From an uncultured Thermodesulfobacteriota bacterium (lineage in GTDB: Bacteria; Desulfobacterota; BSN033; WVXP01): DNA of 64,000 nucleotides. The position numbers and the translations under genes are program-made. Positions 30,066 through 40,056 of this stretch are shown one piece after another (the stretch's first letter is position 1; every line of letters starts with the position of its first letter). The stretch spans positions 7,963 to 71,962 of the forward strand of contig CAYGBW010000093.1 in the NCBI GenBank assembly GCA_964348185.1. The letters run 5' to 3'. The notes below the pieces were generated by a model. That model made no database searches. It worked only from the letters and a program-made list of their open reading frames with translations, and was not told the DNA's origin.

Positions 30066-30986
30066 CTATTTCAGGTCGTAATTCAAAGTCTGTTCCCTTC
30101 CTCCGCGGAGGATTTCGACAGAGATCGACTGACCGCCCTCCAACCCTTGATAGACTTCAATAGCCTTCTGCGGGTCATCCAGGGAGACGCCGTTGATTCG
30201 GCGGACAACATCGCCGTTTCGCAGGCCCAGTCTGTTGAGGAGGCTTCCCCGTTTGATCGAGAGAAGCTTGAAGCCGTCCGGTTTCTCATCGGTGAAGTTT
30301 GGGACGATTCGAACCTCGGTCATCAGTTGACTCAGGTTGGACTTGGCCGATTCCATCTCCTCACGGGAAATGGACCAGCGATTCGACCCAAGCCTTCGAA
30401 CGCCCCTCCCTGCAACCGTGCTCGGTCCACCCGAAGATGCCATCCTCTTGGGTGGTGCTCGTGACGTTTTCTCCTCCACAGAAAGCTCCAGGATCTCCTT
30501 TTTCCCTTCCCGAAGAAGGACGACTCGATCCTGAAAGATCTGGACCAACTTGGCCTCACCGAGAATCATGTCCCCGATGCGATAGAGGTCCTGCTTTCTG
30601 CCCCGTCTGTCTTGGATGACAGCAAAAGAGTCACCCCCATCTCGGACCGCCGTTCCCTGGAGCTTCACATTCAGAGGCGTCTTGGCCAGATTGATGGCCT
30701 GGTCAGAAGGGTCCGGTTTCGACGCCGGAGGTTTCTCTCCGGGTGGGGGCTCTTCGACCACCGCGTGAAAGATGTTCTTTTTGAGAATTACGGCATAATC
30801 GGACCGACGCTTTGTCTGTCTCTTGAGGGGCTTAGAGGACCGTTGCGTGGGGTGGGCGACCTCATGGAGACCCTTGTTCAGCCGGGTTTCAACAATGCGG
30901 GTCGAGACCGTGGCAAACGCCAGGGCAACCAATCCGATCACCACAAGGTGGACGATCCAAAAATGCCTATTCAAAATCCATTCCAT
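30066..30986 (-). CDS. gspC: Type II secretion system protein GspC (membrane anchor, HR region, C-terminal PDZ)
   Basis: N-terminal TM (IVHLVVIGLVALAFA). PDZ-like C-terminus (GDVVRRINGVSLDDPQKAIEVY). Confidence 0.65.
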   Translation of the reverse strand: MEWILNRHFWIVHLVVIGLVALAFATVSTRIVETRLNKGLHEVAHPTQRSSKPLKRQTKRRSDYAVILKKNIFHAVVEEPPPGEKPPASKPDPSDQAINLAKTPLNVKLQGTAVRDGGDSFAVIQDRRGRKQDLYRIGDMILGEAKLVQIFQDRVVLLREGKKEILELSVEEKTSRAPPKRMASSGGPSTVAGRGVRRLGSNRWSISREEMESAKSNLSQLMTEVRIVPNFTDEKPDGFKLLSIKRGSLLNRLGLRNGDVVRRINGVSLDDPQKAIEVYQGLEGGQSISVEILRGGREQTLNYDLK

Positions 30987-31608
30987 TACTCGTTAACCTA
31001 TCAGAATCACAACTAATTGTCAACTCCTGTCCCTCTCGGCCACCCCCGCATTTTTCCGACGAATGGGACAAGAATTCCTCCAGCGTCATGACCTGAAGCA
31101 GGGGTTCCAGGGGGGATTGCGCGTAGATGCGCACGGTCCACCGATGGATGTCAGCAGAGTAGGAGGCACAGCAATCCTCCAGGACGATGACCCTGAAGTC
31201 ATGACAGATTCCGTCCATGGCCGTGGTGAGCACGCAAACGTGAGTTGTCACCCCCACAACAGCCAGGGTATCCACCCTCCACCCCTTCAGGGTCTCCTCG
31301 AGACCGGTCTTGAAGAAAGCGCTGAAGCGCCGCTTCGGCAAAACGAGATCTCCAGGGGCAGGGAAAAGCTCATCGATCACCTCTGCGCCCGGGGTTCCCT
31401 GAATGGCGTGGGGTTTCATCTTGCCTTTGAAAATAAAGTCCTCAGGGAGATAGCTATCGCATGCAAAGACAATCGGATACTTCATCGTCCTGGCCTGGGC
31501 AATCAGCCTCTGGAGAGAGGGGAGGATGGAACGAGCCTGGGCAGAAATCGGGTATTCAGGCCTGAGGTTGTCTTTGACCATGTCCACGACAATGACAGCA
31601 GGGTTCAT
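30967..31608 (-). CDS. Isochorismatase-family cysteine hydrolase
   Basis: VIVVDMVKD, K in FFKTGLEE region, catalytic Cys in VVGVTTHVCVLTTAMDG. Confidence 0.75.
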   Translation of the reverse strand: MNPAVIVVDMVKDNLRPEYPISAQARSILPSLQRLIAQARTMKYPIVFACDSYLPEDFIFKGKMKPHAIQGTPGAEVIDELFPAPGDLVLPKRRFSAFFKTGLEETLKGWRVDTLAVVGVTTHVCVLTTAMDGICHDFRVIVLEDCCASYSADIHRWTVRIYAQSPLEPLLQVMTLEEFLSHSSEKCGGGREGQELTISCDSDRLTSNGMDFE

Positions 31609-31850
31609 TCGACCTCCTCCAATCCAAAGAACTCGAACACGGTGCGGGAGGTGGCCAGAGCCTGGGGGCTTGAGGGAGCATCTATCCCAGCGGTGAATAT
31701 GAATAGGAGGCCAGCTTTCGAGGCCCAGCTCACGACCTCACCCCGGTCCCTGTCGAACTGGGACATGCTCAGGTGGGCGTGTGAATCGATTAGCATGACA
31801 TCACTTCGCGCAACCTCTCGATTGTACTGCCAAGGATAGTCCAAAGTCAA
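31605..31850 (-). pseudogene. tatD: Truncated TatD-family hydrolase N-terminal fragment (about 61-81 aa of an expected ~255)
   Basis: MLIDSHAHLSMSQFDRDRGEVV matches the TatD N-terminus. The ORF ends after 81 codons with an ATGA overlap into the isochorismatase gene. Confidence 0.5.
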
Positions 31851-31986
31851 CCCGTAGCAAGAACTGTTCCACCCGGTTTTGCTCGGCAGCGGTCTCGACC
31901 ACCATGAGGAGGGAAGGCTCGGACCTGATAGCCGATCTCAGAACCGCCCCTAGGCACCCGGAGGGAAATATGGTAGGAATAGTTCC

Positions 31987-33966
31987 ATGATCAAGATCCA
32001 AGGACTCACCCGGTTTTACGGTCATCAAGACATCTTCAGAGACTGCAACCTCCACATCGGACCCTCCGATCGCATCGGACTCATCGGGCCAAACGGAGCA
32101 GGGAAGACCACCCTCCTCAGACTGATTCTCGGTGAGGAACCGCTCAGTGGCGGCGAAATTTCCAGACCCAAAGACCTGAGAATCGGCTCTCTACCTCAGA
32201 ACCTGGTCGATTTCAAAGGGAAAACGATTCTCGAACTGGTCACGGACACGGCTGGGGACCTGAAGAGGATCCAACGGGAACTCCATGAAACAACCCGGTC
32301 CCTGGAAAACGCCCGGATTCGCGATGAAATCGTTCGATTGACCGAGCGTCAAGGTCGTCTCCACGAGGTTTTCGACCGCTTGGGAGGCTATCAGCTAGAA
32401 GCTCAGGCCAAAAGGATCATTCTGGGATTGGGGTTTGCCGAGAAGGACTTTGAGAGGCCCATTGAACAGCTCAGCGGGGGATGGATGATGCGGGCAGCCA
32501 TGGCACGGATTCTGCTGTCGAACCCGGATTTGATCCTCCTCGATGAACCCACCAACCATCTTGATCTCGAGTCCCTGCTGTGGATGGAAGACTATCTGAA
32601 ACAGAACGTCTCGGCCCTCGTCCTGGTCTCCCATGATCGTGTCTTCCTCAACAACGTGGTCACCCGGATCGTAGAGATCGATGGAGGGAAGTTGATTTCC
32701 TATGCCGGCAATTACGATTTCTACGAAGAGGAGAGAGAGAAACGATTGAAGATCCATCAGGCCGCCTATGAGAACCAGCAGGAAAAGATCCGCCAGATCG
32801 AGCGATTCATCGAGAGAAATCGGGTTCGCAAGGATCGTGCCAGGCAGGTTCAGGGCCGGATAAAAATGCTGGAGAAAATGGAACGGATCGACCCCCCCCT
32901 TCGTCATGACACCCTCGACTTTCATTTTCCCCCTCCCCCTCGGGCCCCGAAGACCCTCATTGAATTGAAGGACGTTTCCATATCGTTCAATGGGAAAAGG
33001 ATCTACGACCGAATCAATCTCTCTGTTCAAAGGGGGGACCGGATCGCCTTTCTGGGACCCAATGGAGCGGGTAAGACCACTCTCATGAAGATTCTGAGAA
33101 AAGACGTCAACTTCGAAGGGGAGAGGCGCGTGGTGACAGGGGTTCATATCGCCGCTTTTTCTCAGGAACAGATGGACCGGCTCGCTCCTCAACACACGGT
33201 GCTCCAAGAGCTTATCGCTGTGGCAGGAAATCAACCGCAAGGGCAGTTGAGAAGTCTGCTGGGTGCCTTTCTCTTCAAAGGAGACGACGTTTTCAAGAGA
33301 GTATCGATCCTCAGCGGAGGGGAGAGGAGCCGTCTCCTCCTCTGCAAGATCCTGGTGCAACCGGCTAACCTTTTGCTCCTCGACGAACCCACCAATCATC
33401 TCGACATTCCCTCCAGGAAGATCCTGGAGTTGGCCCTTCAGCGCTATGAAGGAACCCTGTGCCTCATCACCCACGACCGCCATCTGATCAACGCGGTCGC
33501 GAGAAAGGTTTGGGTCATTCGAAACCAGAAGGTAGAGATCTATCCGGGAAATTTCGATGACTTTCAGTCAATTTGGAAGAGGGGGCAGTCTCCTCCTGCC
33601 CCGACTTGGAATGGGTCTTACCGCCATGAGAAAGTAGCTTCCGGCAAAAGGACTTCCACTCAGAAGCGGGTGGAAGCGGAATGGCGAAACCGATTCTTTC
33701 GGGAGGCAGCACCCCTGAGGGAGCGACTCACCGCATTGGAGAGAAACATCGTTGAAACGACCAAAGGGCTGGATCGAATCACCGGGCAACTGGCCAGGGA
33801 GGAGACCTACCAAGACCCTCAGAGGTCACAACAACTGAGCGAAACCTACCACCAAATGAAAACACAGGTCGCAGAGTGGACTCGCCAATGGGAGTCGACA
33901 GCCTTGGACCTGGAGGACCTGGAGGAGAGGTTTAAGGATCTTAAACCCACCGCTGAGAATGAATGA
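31987..33966 (+). CDS. ABC-F family ATPase (tandem ABC domains, no TM; Uup/EttA-like)
   Basis: Two Walker A sites (GPNGAGKTTLLR, GPNGAGKTTLMK), two LSGG signatures, linker and C-terminal coiled coil. Confidence 0.85.
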   Translation: MIKIQGLTRFYGHQDIFRDCNLHIGPSDRIGLIGPNGAGKTTLLRLILGEEPLSGGEISRPKDLRIGSLPQNLVDFKGKTILELVTDTAGDLKRIQRELHETTRSLENARIRDEIVRLTERQGRLHEVFDRLGGYQLEAQAKRIILGLGFAEKDFERPIEQLSGGWMMRAAMARILLSNPDLILLDEPTNHLDLESLLWMEDYLKQNVSALVLVSHDRVFLNNVVTRIVEIDGGKLISYAGNYDFYEEEREKRLKIHQAAYENQQEKIRQIERFIERNRVRKDRARQVQGRIKMLEKMERIDPPLRHDTLDFHFPPPPRAPKTLIELKDVSISFNGKRIYDRINLSVQRGDRIAFLGPNGAGKTTLMKILRKDVNFEGERRVVTGVHIAAFSQEQMDRLAPQHTVLQELIAVAGNQPQGQLRSLLGAFLFKGDDVFKRVSILSGGERSRLLLCKILVQPANLLLLDEPTNHLDIPSRKILELALQRYEGTLCLITHDRHLINAVARKVWVIRNQKVEIYPGNFDDFQSIWKRGQSPPAPTWNGSYRHEKVASGKRTSTQKRVEAEWRNRFFREAAPLRERLTALERNIVETTKGLDRITGQLAREETYQDPQRSQQLSETYHQMKTQVAEWTRQWESTALDLEDLEERFKDLKPTAENE

Positions 33967-34067
33967 TCTGGGGTGTGGATGATGAGATATGAGGTGGGAG
34001 AGGTGAGAATTGAGATCGGGTCCATCCCCGTTTCACGAATCACCCATCATCAGGGGGACGTCGTAAA

Positions 34068-35726
34068 TCAGGGGGCTGACTCTTCGGAGTTGGAGGGTTG
34101 CGTGGACCCTTTGGGGTGCCGCTTCATTTCAATAGCCTCGACGATGAGATTCAGGATACGGTTGACTTGGAAGGGTTTGCTGATCACCATGTCTATCCCC
34201 TTATCGTTCAACTTCTCTCCATCCGTCCCGACTCCCCACCCGGTAACCAGCGCCACAGGAACCCTTGGGTCTGTCTCTTTGATGATTCTGGCGACCTCCC
34301 ATCCCGAGATTTCGGGCATGCCGAGGTCTGTGAAAACCAAGTCGTAGGGGCCTGTTTTGAAAAGGGCAATGCCATGTTTTGCATTGTCTGCGACCGTGAC
34401 GTTGTGGCCTGCGAGGGATAGGATTTCTCTCAAATTGTCCCGGATTCGCTTATCATCATCGATCACCAGAACGTTTGCCCTCCGCCCGGGCCTGGGGGGT
34501 CTCTCCGCCTCACTCTCCTCGAGGGCCTTCAGGGAGACAGGCAGCTGAATGGTAAAAGTGGTTCCCTTTCCAGGCTCACTCTTTGCCAGAAGATTTCCGC
34601 CATGTCTACGGATGATCCCGTAGGAGACACTTAACCCGAGGCCGCTGCTGCTCGACCCTTTGGTCGTGAAGAAGGGCTGAAAGACGCGTTCCAGGTCCTC
34701 CGGCGCAATCCCTCTCCCTGTATCCTGGATGTGGATGGTGTTCATCCGTCGGTCGGTTTCGGTCTTAATCGTTAGATTTCCTCCACCCGACATGGAATCA
34801 ATGGCATTCAGGACCAGGTTCGTCAGAACCTCCCTTAGCTCCGAGGGATTGCCGGCCACCGGGGGAAGCTGTCTCCGGTCTTCCTGGACCTCAACCCGGA
34901 TTCCTTCTGCCTCGGCCGTGCTCTTCCAGCGAGGCCGGGTGAGCTCGATCACATCGCGGATCACCTCGTTCAGGTCGACCCTTGCGTAATCCTCTTCGCC
35001 CCTGGTTTGGGTATAATCCTGAATTCTCCGAATGATCTCCGCGCCATCCAAAGCAGCTTGCTCGATGAGTGTCAGCCCTTCGAGAAGGTAAGGATTCGAC
35101 TCCCGTCTCTCTGGCCCTGTATGCTTGGAGAGGTTGAGTTTCAAAAGTTGCGCCCTGCCCAGAATAGCGGCAAGCAGGTTGTTGAAGTCATGGGCCACCC
35201 CGAGTGCCATCTCACCGAGGGCCCGGAGTCTTTCAACCTGGATCATCCGTTCATTGAACCGCGCCTGGTCCGTATAATCGATCAGAAGGGCAATCGACCC
35301 ACAGTAGGCCGCTCCCCTAAAAAGCGAGGACACGGAGACCAGAATCGGCATGACAAGCCCGTCCCCGCGGCGAAGAAGGGTCTGATAAGTGGAATCGGCC
35401 GCGGCCTTTCTCTGATTCCACTGCTGCTGGACACGCTGGTGTTCTTCCGGGACGACCACCTCGCTCCAATGTTTCCCCTTCAGGGCTTCAGGAGTATCAT
35501 ACCCGAGCGTCCGAGCTGCGCCCTCGTTGGCAAAGACACAGAACCCCCTTTCATCCTCAATCCAGATTCCATCCTTTAGGGCTGTGAGAACGCGCTCTCC
35601 GAACTGCTTGCCCTCCTCCCACACGACCCGCCGGTTTCTTCGCCCCTCTCCTCTGGTTCTCTCCGTCCTTCCTTTGCGAGCCCTGGTTTGATGCACTCTC
35701 ATCAAAACCCCTGAAGGCAAAACCAT
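34068..35726 (-). CDS. Hybrid sensor histidine kinase (PAS - HisKA - HATPase - C-terminal receiver)
   Basis: H-box HDFNNLLAAI, HATPase G-boxes (DTGRGI, GLGLSVS), REC domain (VLVIDDD...DLVFTDLGMP). Confidence 0.85.
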   Translation of the reverse strand: MVLPSGVLMRVHQTRARKGRTERTRGEGRRNRRVVWEEGKQFGERVLTALKDGIWIEDERGFCVFANEGAARTLGYDTPEALKGKHWSEVVVPEEHQRVQQQWNQRKAAADSTYQTLLRRGDGLVMPILVSVSSLFRGAAYCGSIALLIDYTDQARFNERMIQVERLRALGEMALGVAHDFNNLLAAILGRAQLLKLNLSKHTGPERRESNPYLLEGLTLIEQAALDGAEIIRRIQDYTQTRGEEDYARVDLNEVIRDVIELTRPRWKSTAEAEGIRVEVQEDRRQLPPVAGNPSELREVLTNLVLNAIDSMSGGGNLTIKTETDRRMNTIHIQDTGRGIAPEDLERVFQPFFTTKGSSSSGLGLSVSYGIIRRHGGNLLAKSEPGKGTTFTIQLPVSLKALEESEAERPPRPGRRANVLVIDDDKRIRDNLREILSLAGHNVTVADNAKHGIALFKTGPYDLVFTDLGMPEISGWEVARIIKETDPRVPVALVTGWGVGTDGEKLNDKGIDMVISKPFQVNRILNLIVEAIEMKRHPKGSTQPSNSEESAP

Positions 35727-35890
35727 GTGGCTGTCTCTTTTCTAAACTATATAAGTATGTTGGGGAAGAGTCAACTCGAGCCAAATCCCGCCCAACGCCC
35801 CAATTGGGCAGATGGCGCTTTTTGAGAGTTTTCGGTTGAAAGACGGGGGCGAACCCACTATAATTTGCAGAAACAAGAGGGACTTAGAAG

Positions 35891-36778
35891 ATGGTCCGCC
35901 TTTTATGGCTTCTGCCCCTTGCGGCTATTCTACTGTTACCAGGGGGGAGGGTTTCGTCCTCGGAAGACACCCTCCAGGTGACGTGGTTTCCCCGTGTTGC
36001 CATGCAGGGCGATGTCTGCCTTGTGACCGTCTCGGGTCCACAATCGTGGGAATCGGTCCGCGGGGAGTTTCTGGGACAAGAGTTTCCGATGGCTTCGGCG
36101 AGGGGGAAGGGCACTTTTCAAGGACTCCTTGGGATTGACATGAATGCCAGCCCAGGGGTTCACAGGCTCGTGGTTATCGCCAGAGGGACGGATCAGGGGA
36201 TCATCGAAAAAGTCTCTCAGGTTCGGGTGGAGAAGGCGAACTTTGGTACTCAGAGGTTGACCCTGCCCCGGGCCCTGGTGGAACTGGATGAGAAAACCCT
36301 TGAACGGGTGATGAAAGAGAACATCCGAATGCGTGCTCTGTTGAAAAACTATCGGGGCGAGAGACTCTGGAATGGGGCCTTTATCCGTCCTGTTGCAGGG
36401 GAAGTCACCACGGCGTTTGGTCTCCGTCGTATCCTCAACGATCAGCCTAGAAGCCCGCATACGGGTGTTGACTTGCGGGCACCCGAGGGAACCCCAGTGC
36501 GGGCCTGTAATAGCGGCGTTGCTGTTCTGTTTGATGAACTGTTCTTTTCCGGGAAATCGGTCGTCCTCGATCACGGCTGGGGCGTGTACTCAATGTATTT
36601 CCACCTGTCAAAGGCCCTGGTCCAGGAGGGAGATTCGGTGACCAAGGGAGAGATCATCGGTCTCGCAGGATCCACGGGGAGAGCCACGGGGCCCCACCTC
36701 CATTGGGGAATCAGGCTCAACGGGGCGAGAGTCGATCCCCTTTCCATCATCGAATTGACTGAACACCTGGAGGAATGA
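35891..36778 (+). CDS. M23 family peptidoglycan metalloendopeptidase
   Basis: HTGVDLRAPEGTPVRA and GSTGRATGPHLHWGIRLNGARVDP (HxxxD / HxH motifs), with signal peptide. Confidence 0.8.
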   Translation: MVRLLWLLPLAAILLLPGGRVSSSEDTLQVTWFPRVAMQGDVCLVTVSGPQSWESVRGEFLGQEFPMASARGKGTFQGLLGIDMNASPGVHRLVVIARGTDQGIIEKVSQVRVEKANFGTQRLTLPRALVELDEKTLERVMKENIRMRALLKNYRGERLWNGAFIRPVAGEVTTAFGLRRILNDQPRSPHTGVDLRAPEGTPVRACNSGVAVLFDELFFSGKSVVLDHGWGVYSMYFHLSKALVQEGDSVTKGEIIGLAGSTGRATGPHLHWGIRLNGARVDPLSIIELTEHLEE

Positions 36779-36872
36779 TGGTCAAGGGTCTTCAGGGTCG
36801 AGTGACCGTCTATTCATAAAGCATCTCTTTTCGGTTAGAGTCTATCGAAGGAGCTATTTCAGGGGAGACGTT

Positions 36873-37268
36873 ATGGCAAAGAACGACGAGGTGGTTGAGA
36901 GTTTCCTGGGTGACAAAACCCGGCTTGAGGGTACGCTTCGGTTCAGCGGTAGCCTGACGCTGCTCGGGAAGTTTAAGGGGAAGATTACAGGGGGGGAAGA
37001 GGTCGTTTTGGGGGAGAACTCCGAATCAGAAGCGGACGTGGAGGCGGGTCGTGTGACCGTCCACGGAAATGTGGCGGGGAGCCTCAAGGCAGAAAAACGG
37101 GTCGAAATCCACAAGATGGCCCAAGTGGAAGCCGACGTCACGACGTCCAGCCTGATTGTTCACGAGGGATCCCTCTTTGAAGGCAGATGCTTCATGAAGA
37201 GGCAGAGTGGTAGGCAGGCCAGGGGGAAGATCGTTGACTTAAGGGACGGCTGGATCCTGGGAGACTGA
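36873..37268 (+). CDS. Bactofilin-family cytoskeletal protein
   Basis: Beta-helical repeats (GKFKGKITGGEEVVLGENSESEADVEAGRVTVHGNVAGSLKA...) typical of bactofilin DUF583. Confidence 0.7.
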   Translation: MAKNDEVVESFLGDKTRLEGTLRFSGSLTLLGKFKGKITGGEEVVLGENSESEADVEAGRVTVHGNVAGSLKAEKRVEIHKMAQVEADVTTSSLIVHEGSLFEGRCFMKRQSGRQARGKIVDLRDGWILGD

Positions 37269-37332
37269 TTCCCCCGCCTCCAATTCCAAAGGAAATCCTC
37301 CAGGGTCGGGGACATTTTTCAGTGACGACTCC

Positions 37333-38532
37333 CTAGGGTTTTACAATGAGGGAGGGTTCAGCTTTTTTCTTCTCCGCGTCCCGGGCCACAATAGCGTAGA
37401 TCGATCGCATCACCAGGTTCAAAAGGAAAGGATTGGGCTCAAGGTCGCGAGGCGCGAAACGCAGGTCGATGCTGGCAGCCAGAGCTGCCCGGGCCCTGTC
37501 CTCTTTTCCCTCCTTTAGGAGGATGTAAGCCATCTCCTCAAGCCGTCTTTTGTACCGTAGCCTGTTGTTGTCAGGAAACAGTTCAATCATGGCCTTCTGA
37601 TACGTCTCCTGGAGCCGTGTCTCTTTCTGTACCGGGTTCAAGACGAGACGGCTCTCTTCAGCCTCCTCAATGAGTTCGGCATATTTCCGAACGTCTTCCG
37701 GGGGGAGAAACCAGGAAGAGAACGGTTCGATCTGAAATAGGTCTGACGAGTTCCTAAGGAGACGGGGGTCTCTCTGGATCGCATCCTCATCGAGGAAAAG
37801 AAAGGCAGGGGGTGTCTCCATCCGCTCCACCCTGGCTAGATCCCCTTTCGAGGCAAGATAGGGGGCGGGAGGGACCTCTCCCCGTTCCTCGGTCAATTGT
37901 GCAGCCTCCTCAAGAAGAAATCGACAATAGCCTGCATCCACCTCCACGACGGGGACTCGTCCAGGAGCGCTAATCGACTGGTAGAATTCTCTGAAACCCC
38001 TTTTTGTCGTCTCCATCCCATTGAATTCGATCAGGCCTCGGGTGTCGCTCACAATCCCTTGGAACAGATGGAGGCCCTTGGGCTTGCGTGGGATCCTCAG
38101 AAAGACAATGCGAACCCCCTCGGAATCGACGCCGCTGATAAACCCCTTTGCCTGGTCTTCGACGGGGGGACGAAGAACCGAAGGCTCTGGTGTCTCTTCT
38201 CCTACCCGTTCAATGGGGACCCCCCGCTGTTCAATGCGATAGAGGGATCTTCTAATGCCTTTGAGTATTCCCTTATCCGAAACAGACCCGAGAAGAGCTT
38301 GGAGGAGCCTGGCCATTCTCTCGGTCGGGACGCCGCCCATGGCAGCGACGATCGCCATGTCCTTTTCATAGAGTCCGCCGAGGTGGGTTCGTATCGCCTG
38401 AAGCGATATCTCCAGGGAGTCCCCCCTGTCTTCGTGGCTCTTGATGTCCTGCAACAGACCTTCAACCGCCGAGGCAGTCTCAGGAGCAAGCGCCTCGGGT
38501 GTCCTTTTCCTTTTTCCTTTCTTCTTCATCAC
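37333..38532 (-). CDS. Hypothetical protein (399 aa, lysine-rich N- and C-termini, no recognised domain)
   Basis: Long ORF on the minus strand, read directly. Preceded by the conserved intergenic element at 38620-38725. Confidence 0.5.
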   Translation of the reverse strand: MMKKKGKRKRTPEALAPETASAVEGLLQDIKSHEDRGDSLEISLQAIRTHLGGLYEKDMAIVAAMGGVPTERMARLLQALLGSVSDKGILKGIRRSLYRIEQRGVPIERVGEETPEPSVLRPPVEDQAKGFISGVDSEGVRIVFLRIPRKPKGLHLFQGIVSDTRGLIEFNGMETTKRGFREFYQSISAPGRVPVVEVDAGYCRFLLEEAAQLTEERGEVPPAPYLASKGDLARVERMETPPAFLFLDEDAIQRDPRLLRNSSDLFQIEPFSSWFLPPEDVRKYAELIEEAEESRLVLNPVQKETRLQETYQKAMIELFPDNNRLRYKRRLEEMAYILLKEGKEDRARAALAASIDLRFAPRDLEPNPFLLNLVMRSIYAIVARDAEKKKAEPSLIVKP

Positions 38533-38619
38533 ATCCTATCGTCTCTTTTTCAGGAGGTCGTCTTGTTTGATTCACTTCAGAGGGAAAGAGCCTATTGAGT
38601 GCAAAGGCCCCCCTCCCGG

Positions 38620-38725
38620 GCTAGGTTAGAGGAGCAGCCCTGCGGGCTTTGAGGCTGGAGGCAAGGTACTCCTGGCCTCAAACCTCGAGCGAAGCGACAG
38701 CGGAGCGGTCCTCCAACCTAAGATC
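38620..38725. repeat. Conserved ~100-nt intergenic element, copy 1 (paralog of 42025-42130)
   Basis: About 75% identity to copy 2, including the shared 18-mer aaacctcgagcgaagcga. Hairpin agccc-tgc-gggct here versus ggccc-tcc-gggcc in copy 2. Confidence 0.55.
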
Positions 38726-38789
38726 ACGAAGAGACCAGCCGTCCTTTGTGTCTTTCGTTGATTCTAAGGTTCTGTTGACGGAGATATGT

Positions 38790-39242
38790 TTACCACTGCT
38801 GATTATAGACCTCATCATCGTATATCTGTTCGAGTTTCAGCTTGTGCTTTGCCTCTTCCTGGGCCAGCATCTCAAAGAGTTTCTTAACCTGGGGATTGTC
38901 AGCAAACCGCATGGCCGAAGCCCGATAGAGGTTGTGGGATTTTTCCTCGTTCTTGATGGCCATGCGGATGGCGTCCTGATAGGTCATGTTTTTGTCAAAG
39001 GGAAGGTCTTCCAGAAACTCGCTGATCTTGAGATCGGGAATGTCCTCCAATTCATATTGATCCACCTTTTCCCAGTCCAGTTCTTCGAGAAGCCTTCTGT
39101 GTTTTTCTTCCTCTTCGGCCATTTCTCGGAAGGTCTTGTTGATTCCCGACTCTACCCTTTCACCGGCCATCCGGTAAAATGCCGCAGCATCGGCTTCTTT
39201 TCGAATCGCCTCCCGAATTACCTCTTCAAACGTCTCCTTCAT
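38790..39242 (-). CDS. Rubrerythrin/ferritin-like diiron-carboxylate protein (two ExxH half-sites)
   Basis: EADAAAFY...EEEEKHRRLL and EEKSHNLY...QEEAKHKLKL repeats. Start taken at MKETFEEV with GGGAGGAAG RBS. Confidence 0.6.
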   Translation of the reverse strand: MKETFEEVIREAIRKEADAAAFYRMAGERVESGINKTFREMAEEEEKHRRLLEELDWEKVDQYELEDIPDLKISEFLEDLPFDKNMTYQDAIRMAIKNEEKSHNLYRASAMRFADNPQVKKLFEMLAQEEAKHKLKLEQIYDDEVYNQQW

Positions 39243-39300
39243 CGCTTCCTCCCCTAGGGTATGATCGACGACCCGGTCGTCTTCTGGTTCCTGTATTTTC

Positions 39301-40014
39301 CTAGTGGATATAGTCCTTTTTGTCGGGTCCTTTCTTCTTGTCCACAAGGTGGATGTTTCTTTTCAACCTCCGGAGTCTGTACTGGAGATAGGCGACATAG
39401 ATCCTTTTCAGGATACGCGCATAGTTGATATAGAGGTATCCAAAAAGTATTCCCCCCAGATGCGCCACATGAGCCACGCCCGTCTGCGACCCAGTGACCG
39501 AGGCGTAAAGCTCGATGGCGCCGAATATGATGACAAAGTATCGGGCTCTGATGGGGAAGAGGAACCAGACAAAGATCATCTGGTCGGGAAAGATCATGCC
39601 GTAGGCCAACAGGATTCCATAGATTGCCCCTGAAGCGCCGACAACCGGGATGCCTTGGCCTGGGCTAACGACAGCAGAAGAGATCCCTGCCCCGATCCCC
39701 GTGACCAAAAAGTACTTGATGAAGTTCTTGGTCCCCCATTGTCTTTCCAGTGGACCTCCAAACATCCAGAGGGCCAAGAGATTGAAAACGAGATGAAAGA
39801 CGCCGCCGTGAAGAAAAATGTACGTCCCCAGCTGCCAGACAAAGTACTTCTTCCAGACCAGAAGAGGAACCAAGCCGAGAACAACCAGGATGTATGGGCC
39901 TGCGAAGGATTGGAGCAGAAACACCCCCACACAAATGAACAGCAGATACTTCACTCCCGGGGTCAGGGGGCCGCTCCCAAAGGAGATCCGGCGTTGATAG
40001 TAAGGATAGCTCAT
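39301..40014 (-). CDS. Rhomboid-family intramembrane serine protease
   Basis: GASGAIYGILLAYG (GxSG) and AHLGGILFGYL (catalytic His). 6 TM segments. Confidence 0.8.
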   Translation of the reverse strand: MSYPYYQRRISFGSGPLTPGVKYLLFICVGVFLLQSFAGPYILVVLGLVPLLVWKKYFVWQLGTYIFLHGGVFHLVFNLLALWMFGGPLERQWGTKNFIKYFLVTGIGAGISSAVVSPGQGIPVVGASGAIYGILLAYGMIFPDQMIFVWFLFPIRARYFVIIFGAIELYASVTGSQTGVAHVAHLGGILFGYLYINYARILKRIYVAYLQYRLRRLKRNIHLVDKKKGPDKKDYIH

Positions 40015-40056
40015 GGTGTCCTCCTGAGACCTTTTGGCTCTTGGGGCTTCCAGAGA

